Source of the DNA: Candidatus Dormiibacterota bacterium
Lineage (GTDB): Bacteria; Chloroflexota; Dormibacteria; Aeolococcales; Aeolococcaceae
NCBI GenBank assembly: GCA_963708605.1
Contig: CAVPTG010000013.1
Coordinates: forward strand, 140,748-204,747
Direction: 5' to 3'
Length of the DNA: 64,000 nt
Shown piece by piece: positions 30,501 through 40,212 of this stretch. Under the pieces are notes generated by a model that saw nothing but the letters and a program-made list of their open reading frames with translations, was not told the origin of the DNA and did no database searches. A program made the translations under genes and the position numbers. Every line of letters starts with the position of its first letter. Position 1 is the stretch's first letter.

Positions 30501-30716
30501 ATGCGCATCGCCGCGTGCATGCTGTGACGCTGCTGTGAGCGACGCCGCGCGCGCGAATGCGCTTGCGATGACTGGCGTCGCTGACCACGCAACGGTGAGT
30601 GCGGCGACCAGCGCGGACGACAGGATGAACGTTCGGCGCACCGCCTCGATTCTAAGTGCGAATCCCGGAAGTGACACGCCGCTGTCACAGAGGTCATCGA
30701 TTCGTGACATCCACAT
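27594..30716 (-). CDS. Large secreted protein: unknown N-terminal domain + IPT/TIG domain + three C-terminal CDTR...GWF repeats
   Basis: Signal-peptide-like segment RRTFILSSALVAALTVAWSATPVIASA. IPT motif SLSPAAGPASGGELVTVAGYDFG. Three repeats paralogous to those in the 17839..22632 product, ending ...DIEGWFQ*. The start could be GTG at 30641. Confidence 0.8.
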   Translation of the reverse strand: MWMSRIDDLCDSGVSLPGFALRIEAVRRTFILSSALVAALTVAWSATPVIASAFARAASLTAASQHARGDAHRTGAPTVRAAAVAAGSSPSLLQNQPGMSDQLALEHAGSSNPNVTSPADPSIAIGPSNIVEAVNSALEVTTRSGASPIFMNLSAMVGNTSGFSLRYPHVVYDPVSGRFVLMVLQYNPTLSGCVSQVEVMLSQANPALPWITRGQINIDPEIGGGVELSTVSLAITGSVLVETSDYQSCSTGLPVASQMEVIRRVDFISGAFTANSDAFVEPGPIGLQPAQAWTAQTVAYAVANNANCSGRVSGSIAVFAINGVPTAGGVTVTCTAGPEPTPTSTPPAAAQAGTAATLTTGTDSFLSAVWQGNVLWVAGNTGCTPGGDSQVRSCLNIVSIPATGTSVGTPAQFPAESVSGAYLYDPALALDSAGDAILTFDKSSSSALESMMVAAITGGVWSSLTTLHQSTNFYQPAACSTCAWGDYSAAVQDPSRPTDVWVVSEENDGNTVPDCATANTCWNTYIGRYTFAGPVIASLSPAAGPASGGELVTVAGYDFGTDSTFTFNGSPVLPTTGSLTPDAFTFTTPPGSSGLVEGQVHDSLGTSPITVGTGYIYVGLANYHPILPYRILDTRPASCVQCAQDPTFGPGTIRKVQLTGLAFGVPIPSDSTAVVLNVTEVAGTANSLLTVYPFGTGLPRASNLNFAAGKVIANLVTVTLGQGGAIDIYNAAGTVNVLADVEGYFEPAPSSTVTGEFHPIAPVRVCDTRSMSPTPACKAHGILGPGAAMLVNVTGIGIGSDSVPADGSASAVVVNLTGVAGTANTFLSLSATTSTGQCPYSGTHGPQFSNVSLSAGLVAANRVMVQLGPTTPGGHPTSLCVFNAAGSINVVIDANGWFGSSTAAAGAQYQAIQPTRICDTRTVGGGPGCAGHAIAPPTPSLITVAGQGGIPSVTSGTTVVAVIANLTAIAPTAATYLVMYPATPGRSPNASDINVSTGEVLPNLVVVQLDPLAGAGQGDADLYNAAGSVNAVVDIEGWFQ

Positions 30717-30855
30717 GGCGCCCGCCGGACGACTGTCCGGGCGTCCGGCAGCGGCGATGGCGTATAAAATCGCCCTACGGATCGCTGGCGGATCGCCAAC
30801 TTCAGGAGATGCTCGATGACCGACCTACGCGGCTGGAAACCGGTTTCCCTCGCTG

Positions 30856-32256
30856 ATGACGACGAAGAAGAAGAGGGTGACGACGAGGAAGACGACGAGG
30901 ACGAGTAGCTCCCTCGGCGCGGCGGAGCGCTTCCGCCAGGTCAACCTCATCGCCGATCCCCTCTATGGCTACATAGAGATCACCAAGGATCGGCCTGGCG
31001 AGGCGAGCGAGCGTCAGCTTCTCGACACGGTCTGGCTGCAGCGTCTCCGCCGGGTTCACCAACTCCAGTCGGCGTGGTGGGTGTTCCCCAGCGCCGAGCA
31101 TTCGCGTTTCACCCACCTGCTGGGCGCCATGCACCTGGCGAGCCTCTTCGCACGGCGCATCGACGGCTCACTGCGTGTCGCGTTCCCCGATGCGCCGTCG
31201 CCGGCGCTGGTCGAGGAGACGCTCCGGATTGCGGGTCTCCTCCACGACGTCGGTCATGGTCCGTTCGGGCACTTCTTCGACCACGAGGTTCTCGAGCAGT
31301 GGCATCTCGATCACGAGGTGATTGGACGTCACCTCGTGAGGAATCAGCTTGCCGACATCATCGGTTCGCTCCGCGCCAGCCCGTCCGGTCGCTTCGAGGC
31401 CGGCGAGCAGATCGATCCGATGTGGGTCGCGTGGGTGATGGCGGATGCCGATATCGAGGGCTACGCGCCGCCGCCATGGCTGCGTGCCCTGAAGCCCATT
31501 CTGTGCGGCCCGGCGACCGTCGACAACCTCGACTACGTCCCGCGCGACGCGTACATGTGCGGCATCAGCCTGGGCGCTGTCGAGGTGCAGCGGCTCATCC
31601 ACTACACGTTCGTCAGCGGCGACAGTATCGTGCTGCACGCGCACGCCGCGGGTGCGCTGGAGATGTTCCTCGCGTCACGTCTGTACATGTACCTGCAGGT
31701 CTATCACCACAGAACCGGCCGCAGGTTCGACCTGTCGATGCGTGAGGTCTTCGCGGACACGATCGCGCAGCTGCTGCACGGCAATCCGCTCGAACACCTC
31801 GACGAATATGAGTTGCTCAATGACTGGTCGATGCTCGTCGCGGTGCAGCGCTGGCTCCGCGAGCCACCGGGCAGCGAACGGCGCCGCCTCGCCGAGGCAT
31901 GGGCGCGCATCGCCGCACGCGACCTCCCCTGGCATCTCGCCTACGAGAGCGTCGTCCACATGGGGACCGATACCTCAACGCTGCGGGAGCGTCTCGATGC
32001 GCAACTCGCATCCAAAGCGCTGGGTGCACGCGTCGAGGTCGACGTTGCGATCGCGCGCATCGCACCGCAGAACCCGATGACCGATGACGGGATGGTGAGG
32101 ATCTACGACCCGCTCAACGACACCATCGAGGCGGCGCGTGCGGCCGAACTGGTGTCGCGGCTGCCCCAGCACAACCAGGTCATCCGCGTCTTCACGGATG
32201 ACGTCAAAGCGCTGCGCACAGTGCGCGATGCCGTCAAGGTAGTGATCGACGGCTGA
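30856..32256 (+). CDS. HD-domain phosphohydrolase (dGTPase/SAMHD1-like dNTP triphosphohydrolase family)
   Basis: DPLYGYIEIT...QRLRRVHQL...SRFTHLLG...LHDVGHGPFGH motifs. The K/T-rich N-terminus is ambiguous; see the acidic mini-ORF finding. Confidence 0.8.
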   Translation: MTTKKKRVTTRKTTRTSSSLGAAERFRQVNLIADPLYGYIEITKDRPGEASERQLLDTVWLQRLRRVHQLQSAWWVFPSAEHSRFTHLLGAMHLASLFARRIDGSLRVAFPDAPSPALVEETLRIAGLLHDVGHGPFGHFFDHEVLEQWHLDHEVIGRHLVRNQLADIIGSLRASPSGRFEAGEQIDPMWVAWVMADADIEGYAPPPWLRALKPILCGPATVDNLDYVPRDAYMCGISLGAVEVQRLIHYTFVSGDSIVLHAHAAGALEMFLASRLYMYLQVYHHRTGRRFDLSMREVFADTIAQLLHGNPLEHLDEYELLNDWSMLVAVQRWLREPPGSERRRLAEAWARIAARDLPWHLAYESVVHMGTDTSTLRERLDAQLASKALGARVEVDVAIARIAPQNPMTDDGMVRIYDPLNDTIEAARAAELVSRLPQHNQVIRVFTDDVKALRTVRDAVKVVIDG

Positions 32257-32742
32257 TCAGCGCAGCCGCACCTCGATCCATGCGACCGCTTCCTCTGCCG
32301 ATGCCGCGCTGTGCATCGCCGGGTCGGGTTCGATCTGCTCGGGACGGATCACCCGCCAGCTGTTCAGCGCGACGACCGGTTTACCAAGAACAAGCGCGAA
32401 TGCGAGCTCGCTGAGAGTCCCATAGCCGCCACCGATTGCGATCATCGCGTCGCAGGAGCGCGCGATCAGGGCGTTGCGCAGGTGGCCGAGGCCGGTTGCG
32501 ATCGGAATGGTGACGTCCGGTGCGGCATCGTCCGGATCATCTCCCGGGAGGAGGCCGATGCAGGTTCCCCCGTACGCGCTCACGGCAGCGGCGACAGCCG
32601 TTGCAACGCCCTGCCCTCCGCCGCAGACGATCAGGAATCCGTGCTCGGCGAGCAGACGGCCGACCGCGGCGGCAGCGCTCCGGTCATCGTCCGTGGCCTG
32701 CGACGCGCCGCACACCGCGACGATTCGCCGCCGCCCGGACAT
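32257..32742 (-). CDS. TIGR00725/LOG-family (SLOG) Rossmann-fold protein
   Basis: GGGxGxMG-like core (VCGGGQGVATAVA ... IAIGGGYGTLSEL). Confidence 0.7.
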   Translation of the reverse strand: MSGRRRIVAVCGASQATDDDRSAAAAVGRLLAEHGFLIVCGGGQGVATAVAAAVSAYGGTCIGLLPGDDPDDAAPDVTIPIATGLGHLRNALIARSCDAMIAIGGGYGTLSELAFALVLGKPVVALNSWRVIRPEQIEPDPAMHSAASAEEAVAWIEVRLR

Positions 32743-32760
32743 CGCGGGTGCCGGCTCTCG

Positions 32761-33913
32761 TTACGGAGCGACGGGAAGGCGCGGTCCCGACGGCATGACC
32801 GGACCCGCGGCCGCGCTGAAGTTCTCCTGGCTCACCTGGGCCGCGATGTGCGAGGCGACGTCACGGAACACCTCGCCGATCGGGCTCGACGGCGCCGCGG
32901 CCATGATCGGGCGCCCGTCGCCGTCGGCACCGCGAATGCGCGGATCAAGCGGCACGGCGCCAAGGAAAGGGAGTTCGTAACGAGCGGCCAGGTCGCGACC
33001 GCCACCGGATCCGAAGATGTCGGTGCGCTCGTTGCAGTGCGGGCAGATGAAGCCGCTCATGTTCTCGACGACACCGAGGACCGGAACATTGAGCTTGCGG
33101 AACATCTCGATGCCTCGAGCAACGTCGGCAAGCGACACGTCCTGCGGCGTCGTGCAGATCACCGCACCGGTCATCGGCATGCTCTGCGCGAGGCTCAATT
33201 GCACGTCGCCTGTGCCCGGTGGGAGATCGATGACCAGGTAATCCAGCTCGCCCCACGACACCTCGTAGAGGAACTCGCGCAGGGCTTTGGCGAGCATTGG
33301 ACCGCGCCAGATCACCGGCTGACCGGGGTCGAGGATGGTGCCGAATGACACGACCTTGAGTTCCATGCGCCTCGAGCGGCTGCATCTTGCCGTCGGGACC
33401 CGCCTGCGGGCGCTCGCGAATCCCGAGCATGATCGGGACATTGGGTCCGTAGACGTCCGCGTCGAGCAGGCCGACGCGAGCGCCCGCGAGGCGCAGGGCG
33501 ATCGCGACGTTGACGGCAACGGTCGTCTTGCCCACGCCGCCCTTGCCCGCGCTGATCGCGATGGCGTTACGAACTCCGGAGATCTCCTGGCGACCGGGCA
33601 GCCCGCGCGTGGAGCTCACCTCGGCATCCCATCGAATCTCGACGCGCGTGATCCCTGAAACCACACCGACGACCGCCGCATCGATGTCCTCACGAATCCG
33701 GTCCTTGAGCGGGCACGCGGGTGTGGTGAGCACAACCCGAAGCGACGCAACCCCACCTTCGATAGCCAGATCGCGCAACATCCCGAGCTGGAGCATCGGC
33801 TTGTGCAGTTCGGGGTCGATGACGGTCGCGAGCGCGCGCTCGAGGGCGCCAAGCATCTCAGGATCACTCATCGTGCCTCGAGTATACCCACGGCCCCCTC
33901 GGGCCAAGCTCAC
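32761..33913 (-). pseudogene. mrp: Mrp/ApbC iron-sulfur cluster carrier ATPase, frame discontinuity near 33370
   Basis: N-terminal DUF59 plus P-loop (AISAGKGGVGKTTVAVN...LLDADVYGPNVP) in one frame. The rest (KVVSFGTIL...IWRGPM...DYLVIDLPPGTGD...CPHC) lies in another frame. Confidence 0.85.
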
Positions 33914-34066
33914 GAAGGCTGAGTGTTTAGCCAGTGATTGAAGAACGGCGGGATGTCCCGAGGCAGGTGTGTGGGATGAATTGCACCGGCATCAGTCCCC
34001 GCCGCGCGCCGCCGTCCGTGACACAGGGTGCACCAGAATTGATGCGCTCTCTACAATGCGGCGGGC

Positions 34067-35491
34067 ATGCTCGATCGCCGCGTGATACGCGATCTCGAGG
34101 GTCAGGTCGCTCCCTCTCACGTCTACACGCGCCCGGCGGATCTGGCCGCCTACGCCTACGACGCGTGGGGGGCCTCCGGCGAGCGCCATCTGCCGGACGC
34201 CGTGGTGTTTCCCGGATCGACGGAGGAGGTCGCCGGCCTCGTCAGCGTCTGCGCGGTTCACCGGGTCCCGATCGTCCCGCGTGGTGCCGGGACCGGATAC
34301 GCGGCGGGCGCCTCACCATCGCACGGCGGCGTCGTCGTCAGCCTCGCCCGTCTCAACCGGATCCTCGGCATCGAGACCGAGGCACAGCGCATCCGTGCGC
34401 AGGCCGGTGCCATCACCGCCGGGATCCACGCCAAGGCTGCGGCGTCCGGCCTGTACTACCCGCCCGACCCCGGCTCGTCGACGACCTGCACGATCGGCGG
34501 GAACGTGGCCTGCAACGCCGCCGGGCCGCACACGCTCCGCTACGGCGTCACCGCGGACTTCGTGGCGGGCATCACCGCGGTGCTCTCCGACGGGCGGATC
34601 GTCCGCCTCGGTGAAGGCGGCGACGCCTCGGCCGCCGGGCTGCTCGCGCTCCTGGTCGGCTCGGAGGGGACGCTCGGGGTGATCACCGAGGTGCTCCTGC
34701 GCGTCATCGCCGCCCCGAAGGCACGCTCCACGCTCGCGGCCACCTTCAGCGGCATGGAGCGCGCCGCCGCGGCAGTGGCGGAGATCAGTGAGGCAGGCAT
34801 CGTCCCGGCGGCCCTGGAGTTCCTCGACGCCGGCGCGCTCGACGCGGTTCGCAAGGCAGGCGGTGGCAACATCGGTGGCGACAGCGCGGCATTGCTCATC
34901 GTCGAGCTCGAGGGGGACGCGGCCACGGTCGGCGCGGACACCGAGGCCGCCTGCACGGCGATCACCCGTGCCGGGGCTTCACAGCTTCAGCGTGCCACCG
35001 AGCCGGGTCAGGCGCAGCGCCTCTGGGCCGCCCGCAAGGCGGTGAGCGCCGCCGTCGCCAAGGTGCAGATCGGCAAGGTGAATGAGGATGTGGTCGTCCC
35101 GCGGGATCGTGTGGCCGAGCTGGTCGCGCATACTCGCGATCTGGGCACGAAGCACGAGCTCCCGGTGGTGAACTTCGGCCATCTTGGTGACGGCAACGTG
35201 CATGCCACGTTCCTCATCGATCCGCGGATCGACGGCGAACGGGCGCGCGCGGACGCCGCCGCCGGCGAGCTGTTCGAGACAGTGCTCACCATGGGCGGCT
35301 CGCTGTCGGGCGAGCACGGCGTGGGCGCGGCCAAGCTCGAGTACGTGGAGCGCCAGCTGGGTCCGGGGACGGTCGCGTTGATGCGCCGGATCAAGACCGC
35401 CCTCGATCCGCACGACGTGCTCAACCCCGGTAAGAAGGTTCCGGAGCGTCAGTCGGCGGCGTCGAGCACGGCGAGCAACGAGGCCGCGTAG
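34067..35491 (+). CDS. FAD-linked oxidase (GlcD / D-lactate dehydrogenase family)
   Basis: FAD-binding PCMH domain (VVFPGSTEEV...RGAGTGY) and a C-terminal oxidase domain. Confidence 0.85.
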   Translation: MLDRRVIRDLEGQVAPSHVYTRPADLAAYAYDAWGASGERHLPDAVVFPGSTEEVAGLVSVCAVHRVPIVPRGAGTGYAAGASPSHGGVVVSLARLNRILGIETEAQRIRAQAGAITAGIHAKAAASGLYYPPDPGSSTTCTIGGNVACNAAGPHTLRYGVTADFVAGITAVLSDGRIVRLGEGGDASAAGLLALLVGSEGTLGVITEVLLRVIAAPKARSTLAATFSGMERAAAAVAEISEAGIVPAALEFLDAGALDAVRKAGGGNIGGDSAALLIVELEGDAATVGADTEAACTAITRAGASQLQRATEPGQAQRLWAARKAVSAAVAKVQIGKVNEDVVVPRDRVAELVAHTRDLGTKHELPVVNFGHLGDGNVHATFLIDPRIDGERARADAAAGELFETVLTMGGSLSGEHGVGAAKLEYVERQLGPGTVALMRRIKTALDPHDVLNPGKKVPERQSAASSTASNEAA

Positions 35492-35796
35492 TCGGTCTCG
35501 TCGATGCGCCGGGCAAGCTCGCGCCCGTCGTCAACCGGCAGCTCCATCGACGCGTCGTAGACGAAGCTGTACACGTTGCTGAGCGTCCAGTCACCGAACC
35601 CGAGTGAGGCGAGCGCGTCTGGCAGCCTTGGTTCAGTCGCGTCCGCGTCGAAGGTGTCCGTCGCCGCTTTGTAGAGGGAGCTGAGGTTGCGGTACTCGGT
35701 CTCGTACTCCTCGATCAGCGCCGGGTCGGCCTCCTCCTCGCGCAATCGAGCGAGCGTCCGGCGCAACGACTGGATCTCCAGTTGATACTCGTCCAC
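35449..35796 (-). CDS. Hypothetical protein
   Basis: Acidic 115-aa ORF with no recognised family. Confidence 0.3.
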   Translation of the reverse strand: MDEYQLEIQSLRRTLARLREEEADPALIEEYETEYRNLSSLYKAATDTFDADATEPRLPDALASLGFGDWTLSNVYSFVYDASMELPVDDGRELARRIDETDYAASLLAVLDAAD

Positions 35797-36061
35797 CCTC
35801 TCCCGAGTTTAGAGGACCGGTCAAAGGCCACACACGACCGGGTCACTCGGGCGCTGGCGGGGCACCTCAGTCGGGTAGATCCGCGCGAAGCGACGCCGCT
35901 CGAGCGTGAAGCACGCCGCGGCGCCGCATCCGATGATGAGCACGCCCACAACGATACCGAGCCCGAACCACCCACCCGGCACGCGAGCGAGGAGACCGTT
36001 GGCACTCGCGTTCCCGCCCGGGTCTGAAGTTCCTTTCCCCGTGCGACGCGACAGGAGCGGG

Positions 36062-36820
36062 TCAGCCCGTTCTGACGTTCACAAGATTGCCGACCACGTG
36101 GCCGACGCCGAATGCTACGCCCGCCGCGACAGTCGCGAAGGCCAGCTGCCGCAGCGCCGACCGGACCCGGGATCTGCCGGTGAAGACGGCCACCGTCCAG
36201 CCGACCGCCAGCACTGACACGGCGCCGAGCACGATCGAGAGCAACGCCGCGGTCGTTCCGCTCGCGAAGAACCAGGGCAACAGCGGGATGACCGCTCCGA
36301 TGCTGAACATCACGAACGACGACCCGGCCGCCTGCCACGGGTTTCCCGTCTTGCCGGGCTGCAGTCCCAGCTCTTCGCGTGCGTGCACCTCGAGGGCGAC
36401 CTCGGGATCGCGCATGATCGCCTCGGCGATGCGACGAGCGTCGGCCTCCTCGACGCCGCGAAGCCGGTACGTGGCCGCGAGCTCTCGGGTCTCATCCTCA
36501 GGATGGCGTTCGAGCTCGCGACGCTCGATCTCCAGCTCGCGCTGCAGGAGCTCCGACTGAGCCGCCATCGAGACGTACTCCCCGGCCGCCATGGAGAACG
36601 CGCCGGCGACGAGGCCGGCCAGCCCCGCGAGCAGGACGACCGACGGGACCGGGTTCGCACCTGCAACTCCGAGGATCAGCGAGATGTTGGTGAGGAGGCC
36701 GTCGCTGATGCCGAAGACCGCGGCGCGTGCGGCTCCACCCTGGAGATCGCGGTGGTGGGACCGTTCGTGCGGCTGGCGAAGCTCGCCCGCCTCACCGGCA
36801 GGAGCGACCGTCTGTGCCAT
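36062..36820 (-). CDS. VIT1/CCC1-family iron/manganese transporter
   Basis: VFGISDGLLTNISLILGVAGA, with N- and C-terminal TM bundles flanking a cytoplasmic helical domain. Confidence 0.8.
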   Translation of the reverse strand: MAQTVAPAGEAGELRQPHERSHHRDLQGGAARAAVFGISDGLLTNISLILGVAGANPVPSVVLLAGLAGLVAGAFSMAAGEYVSMAAQSELLQRELEIERRELERHPEDETRELAATYRLRGVEEADARRIAEAIMRDPEVALEVHAREELGLQPGKTGNPWQAAGSSFVMFSIGAVIPLLPWFFASGTTAALLSIVLGAVSVLAVGWTVAVFTGRSRVRSALRQLAFATVAAGVAFGVGHVVGNLVNVRTG

Positions 36821-36878
36821 GGGGAAAGTATGCCGAGGTTCGAGAATCGGCGTTCAGCGCTCCCGATGGAGTGCGGGT

Positions 36879-38942
36879 CTAGAAGAAGACGTGGTGCAGC
36901 GCGATCGTCGGGATGGCGAGGATCGCGATGATGTTCATCACCTTGATCATCGGGTTGATCGCCGGTCCGGCGGTGTCCTTGTAGGGGTCGCCAACGGTGT
37001 CACCCGTGACCGCCGCGGCATGGGCGTCCGAGCCCTTGCCGCCGTAGTTGCCCTCTTCGATGTATTTCTTGGCGTTGTCCCAGGCGCCTCCGCCGGTGGT
37101 CATCTGGAGAGCCACAAAGAGGCCGACCACGATCGTGCCGAGGAGCATCGCGCCCAGCGCCTGCGCGCCCAGCAGGAAACCGACCACGAGCGGCGCGACC
37201 ACCGGAAGGATGCCCGGGATGATCATCTCCCGCTGCGCGGCCGCCGTGACCAGCGCCACGCACTTGCCATACTCCGGCTTGGCGGTTCCCTCCATGATGC
37301 CGGGGATCTCGCGGAACTGACGCCGCACCTCGATAACCACCTCGCCGGCCGCGCGCCCGACCGCCAGCATCGCCAGCGAGCCAAAGAGGAAGGGCATGAT
37401 CCCACCGAGAAGCAATCCTGCGATGACCGGCGGGGCGGTGAGGTCGAAGGTCACCAGCGGCAGGTTGTGCGCGACCAGCGTGTTGTTGAGGATGTCCGTG
37501 TAGCTCGCGAAGAGGACCAGCGCAGCGAGTCCGGCGGAGCCTATGGCGTACCCCTTGGTGACCGCCTTGGTGGTGTTGCCGACGGCGTCCAGCGGATCGG
37601 TGACCTGACGAACCGCCTCCGGCAGGTTGGCCATTTCCGCGATGCCGCCGGCGTTGTCGGTGATCGGCCCATACGAGTCGATGGCGACGACGATGCCCGT
37701 CATGCTCAGCAGGGCAGTCGCGGCGATGCCGATGCCGTACAGACCGCCCAGCGCTGCTGACGCGAGGATGCCGATCGCGATGATCAGCACCGGGATCGCC
37801 GTCCCCTCCATACCGATCGCGAGCCCCGCGATGATGTTGGTGGCGTGCCCGGTCTGCGATGCGCGAGCGATGGTGCGGACCGGCCAGAACTGCGCGCCGG
37901 TGAAGAACTCGGTGACCGCGACGATGAGCACCGTGATGACGATGCCGATGACCGCGCACCAGAAGAGGTTGAACACCGGGTGATCGAAATGGCTCAGGTA
38001 GCCGCCGTTGTTGAGCAGCACGGTGATCAGCAGGAACCCGGCGAGCGCGACCACCGCCGAGACGATCAGACCCCGATACAGCGCACCCATGATCCAGGTG
38101 CCGCGGCCCATCCGCACGAAGAATGTGCCGATGATCGACGCGACGATGCTCACCGCGCCGAGCATCAGCGGATAGAAGACGAATACCAGGTCGGGCTTGC
38201 CGCCGATCTTGTAGAGCAGGCTACCGAGCAACATGGTGGCGACCGCCGTGACCGCGTAGGTCTCGAACAGGTCCGCCGCCATTCCTGCGCAGTCGCCGAC
38301 GTTGTCACCGACGTTGTCCGCGATCACCGCGGGGTTGCGCGGGTCATCCTCCGGGATCCCGGCCTCGAGCTTGCCGACCAGGTCGGCGCCGACATCGGCA
38401 GCCTTGGTGTAGATGCCGCCGCCGAGGCGCGCGAAAACCGAGATGAGTGACGCTCCGAAGGCGAAACCGACGAGCGCGTTGAAGTCCTGGAAGAGGCCGT
38501 AGGCGAGTGCCACGCCGATCAGGCCGAAGCCCACGACGAAGAATCCGGTCACCGCTCCGCCCCTGAAGGCGAGCTGCAGCGCCGGGTTGACGCCACCCCG
38601 AGCCGCCTCGGCGGTGCGCAGGTTGGAGCGCACCGAGATGTTCATCCCCACGTAGCCCGCGGCGCCGCTGAGCACCGCACCGATCAGGAAGAGGACGCCG
38701 GTCTTCCAGCCGAGCGTGAACGTGAGGAACAGGAAGATGACCGCGCCGATCCCGGCGATGATCGTGTACTGGCGATTGAGGTACGCCTGGGCGCCTTCCT
38801 GGATCGCCTTGGCGATCTCCTTCATCCGGTCATTGCCCTCAGGCTGCCGCAGGACCCAGAAGATCAGATAAACGGCGAAGAGGAGCGCCACCAACCCGGC
38901 TGCGCCGATCGGCAGCAGGATGGCGCGATCAAGGGTCGGCAT
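36879..38942 (-). CDS. hppA: Membrane-bound H+-translocating pyrophosphatase
   Basis: [17 protein letters not shown] and [19 protein letters not shown] signatures; ~16 TM helices. Confidence 0.95.
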   Translation of the reverse strand: MPTLDRAILLPIGAAGLVALLFAVYLIFWVLRQPEGNDRMKEIAKAIQEGAQAYLNRQYTIIAGIGAVIFLFLTFTLGWKTGVLFLIGAVLSGAAGYVGMNISVRSNLRTAEAARGGVNPALQLAFRGGAVTGFFVVGFGLIGVALAYGLFQDFNALVGFAFGASLISVFARLGGGIYTKAADVGADLVGKLEAGIPEDDPRNPAVIADNVGDNVGDCAGMAADLFETYAVTAVATMLLGSLLYKIGGKPDLVFVFYPLMLGAVSIVASIIGTFFVRMGRGTWIMGALYRGLIVSAVVALAGFLLITVLLNNGGYLSHFDHPVFNLFWCAVIGIVITVLIVAVTEFFTGAQFWPVRTIARASQTGHATNIIAGLAIGMEGTAIPVLIIAIGILASAALGGLYGIGIAATALLSMTGIVVAIDSYGPITDNAGGIAEMANLPEAVRQVTDPLDAVGNTTKAVTKGYAIGSAGLAALVLFASYTDILNNTLVAHNLPLVTFDLTAPPVIAGLLLGGIMPFLFGSLAMLAVGRAAGEVVIEVRRQFREIPGIMEGTAKPEYGKCVALVTAAAQREMIIPGILPVVAPLVVGFLLGAQALGAMLLGTIVVGLFVALQMTTGGGAWDNAKKYIEEGNYGGKGSDAHAAAVTGDTVGDPYKDTAGPAINPMIKVMNIIAILAIPTIALHHVFF

Positions 38943-39058
38943 GCTCTCAGGTCTCCTCAGGACAGTGAGTAAGTGCCCGGGCGGCTGTTATCCGCGCCAC
39001 CCCGGGGCCGCCGCATTGTACCCGGCCGGTCGTCCCGCACACCAACGCCTATGCTGAG

Positions 39059-39838
39059 GTGGTGCCGAAAGCCACCGGCCTGACCGCCATCGTGACGGTC
39101 GGCGACGAGATCCTGAGCGGGCACACGCAGGACACCAACTCGAGCCTGCTGGCGCGCCAGGCGTTCGCCGCGGGGCGGCCGGTCGCGCATATCGAGGTGG
39201 TCCCGGATCAACCAGACGCGATCATCGCTGCGATCCGGCGCGCGATCGACGACCCGGAGATCACACGGATCGCCGTGTGCGGGGGGATCGGTCCCACACC
39301 CGACGACCGCACCTTCCAGGCCGTGGCCGACGCGCTCGGACTGCCCCTCGAGCTCAACCCGATCGCCTACGGCAACATCGAAGCCCTGGCGCGGCGGATG
39401 CATGCGGCCGGCTGGATCGACAAACCCGAGGTGTCGGAGGCGAACCGGCGCTGCGCCGTGGTTCCGGCGGGCGCGACGGTGCTGACCAACCGAGTGGGCA
39501 TGGCGCCACCACTGGCCATCGCGATCGGCGATGACCGGTGGCTCTTCGTCCTGCCGGGTATCCCGCGCGAGTTCAGCACGATCGTCGAGGAGGAGTTGAT
39601 CCCCAGGTACTTCGCCGGCGGGGTCGCGCCGATCGTGCGGGAGGTGCGCTACCGGTCCGTGCCAGAGTCGGAGATGTCCGCGCCCATGCTCGTGCTCGAG
39701 GCGGAATTCCCCGACGTCACCGTCGGTTCCTATCCGCAGGTCGAGCGACGAGAGCTGGTCATCCGCCTACGCGGGCGCGAAGCAGCTCGCGTGGACGCGG
39801 CAGTGGCCCGGCTGCGCACGCTGCGCAGCGACGCCTAG
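39059..39838 (+). CDS. CinA-like molybdopterin-binding (MoCF-biosynthesis fold) domain protein
   Basis: IVTVGDEILSGHTQDTNSSLLARQ ... GGIGPTPDDRT motifs. Confidence 0.65.
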   Translation: MVPKATGLTAIVTVGDEILSGHTQDTNSSLLARQAFAAGRPVAHIEVVPDQPDAIIAAIRRAIDDPEITRIAVCGGIGPTPDDRTFQAVADALGLPLELNPIAYGNIEALARRMHAAGWIDKPEVSEANRRCAVVPAGATVLTNRVGMAPPLAIAIGDDRWLFVLPGIPREFSTIVEEELIPRYFAGGVAPIVREVRYRSVPESEMSAPMLVLEAEFPDVTVGSYPQVERRELVIRLRGREAARVDAAVARLRTLRSDA

Positions 39839-39868
39839 GAGAGACCGCAGCGGGTTACCCCGCTGAAA

Positions 39869-40069
39869 TCAGACCTTCTGCAGGTTGCGCGCGCGCGGGC
39901 CCTTCGGCGAGTCGACGATGTCGAACGTCACCTGCTCGCCTTCCTGGAGGGCGTCGAAGTCGACGGTGGTCAGCTCGGTGCGATGAAAGAACACCTCGTT
40001 GCCATCGTCCGCGCGAACGAAACCAAATCCACGGTCGGGAATAATCTTCTTGATTCTTCCAGCGGTCAC
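39869..40069 (-). CDS. cspA: Cold-shock protein
   Basis: 66-aa VTAGRIKKIIPDRGFGFVRADDGNEVFFHRTEL...KGPRARNLQKV. GTG start with GGAGG 8 nt upstream. Confidence 0.9.
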   Translation of the reverse strand: MTAGRIKKIIPDRGFGFVRADDGNEVFFHRTELTTVDFDALQEGEQVTFDIVDSPKGPRARNLQKV

Positions 40070-40212
40070 AGCATGTCCTCCAGGACTCTCGCCGACACGG
40101 ACGCCCACCGCGTTCACGACCACTATGGGAGCGTCCCCTGTCAGCAACGGGAACCCGCAAAAGACCGCGATGGAAGCACCGAAGGATAACGATTTTCTCG
40201 CCGTTCCGGTGC

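Noticed and set aside
28092-30588. Several 250-330-aa ORFs on the plus strand or in alternative frames
   Set aside because: All overlap the 1040-aa repeat-bearing protein and translate to R/G/D-rich low-complexity sequence.
35830-36030. Possible 53-aa membrane mini-protein on the minus strand in the 35797-36061 gap
   Set aside because: GTG start has no recognisable RBS; no conservation evidence is available from sequence alone.
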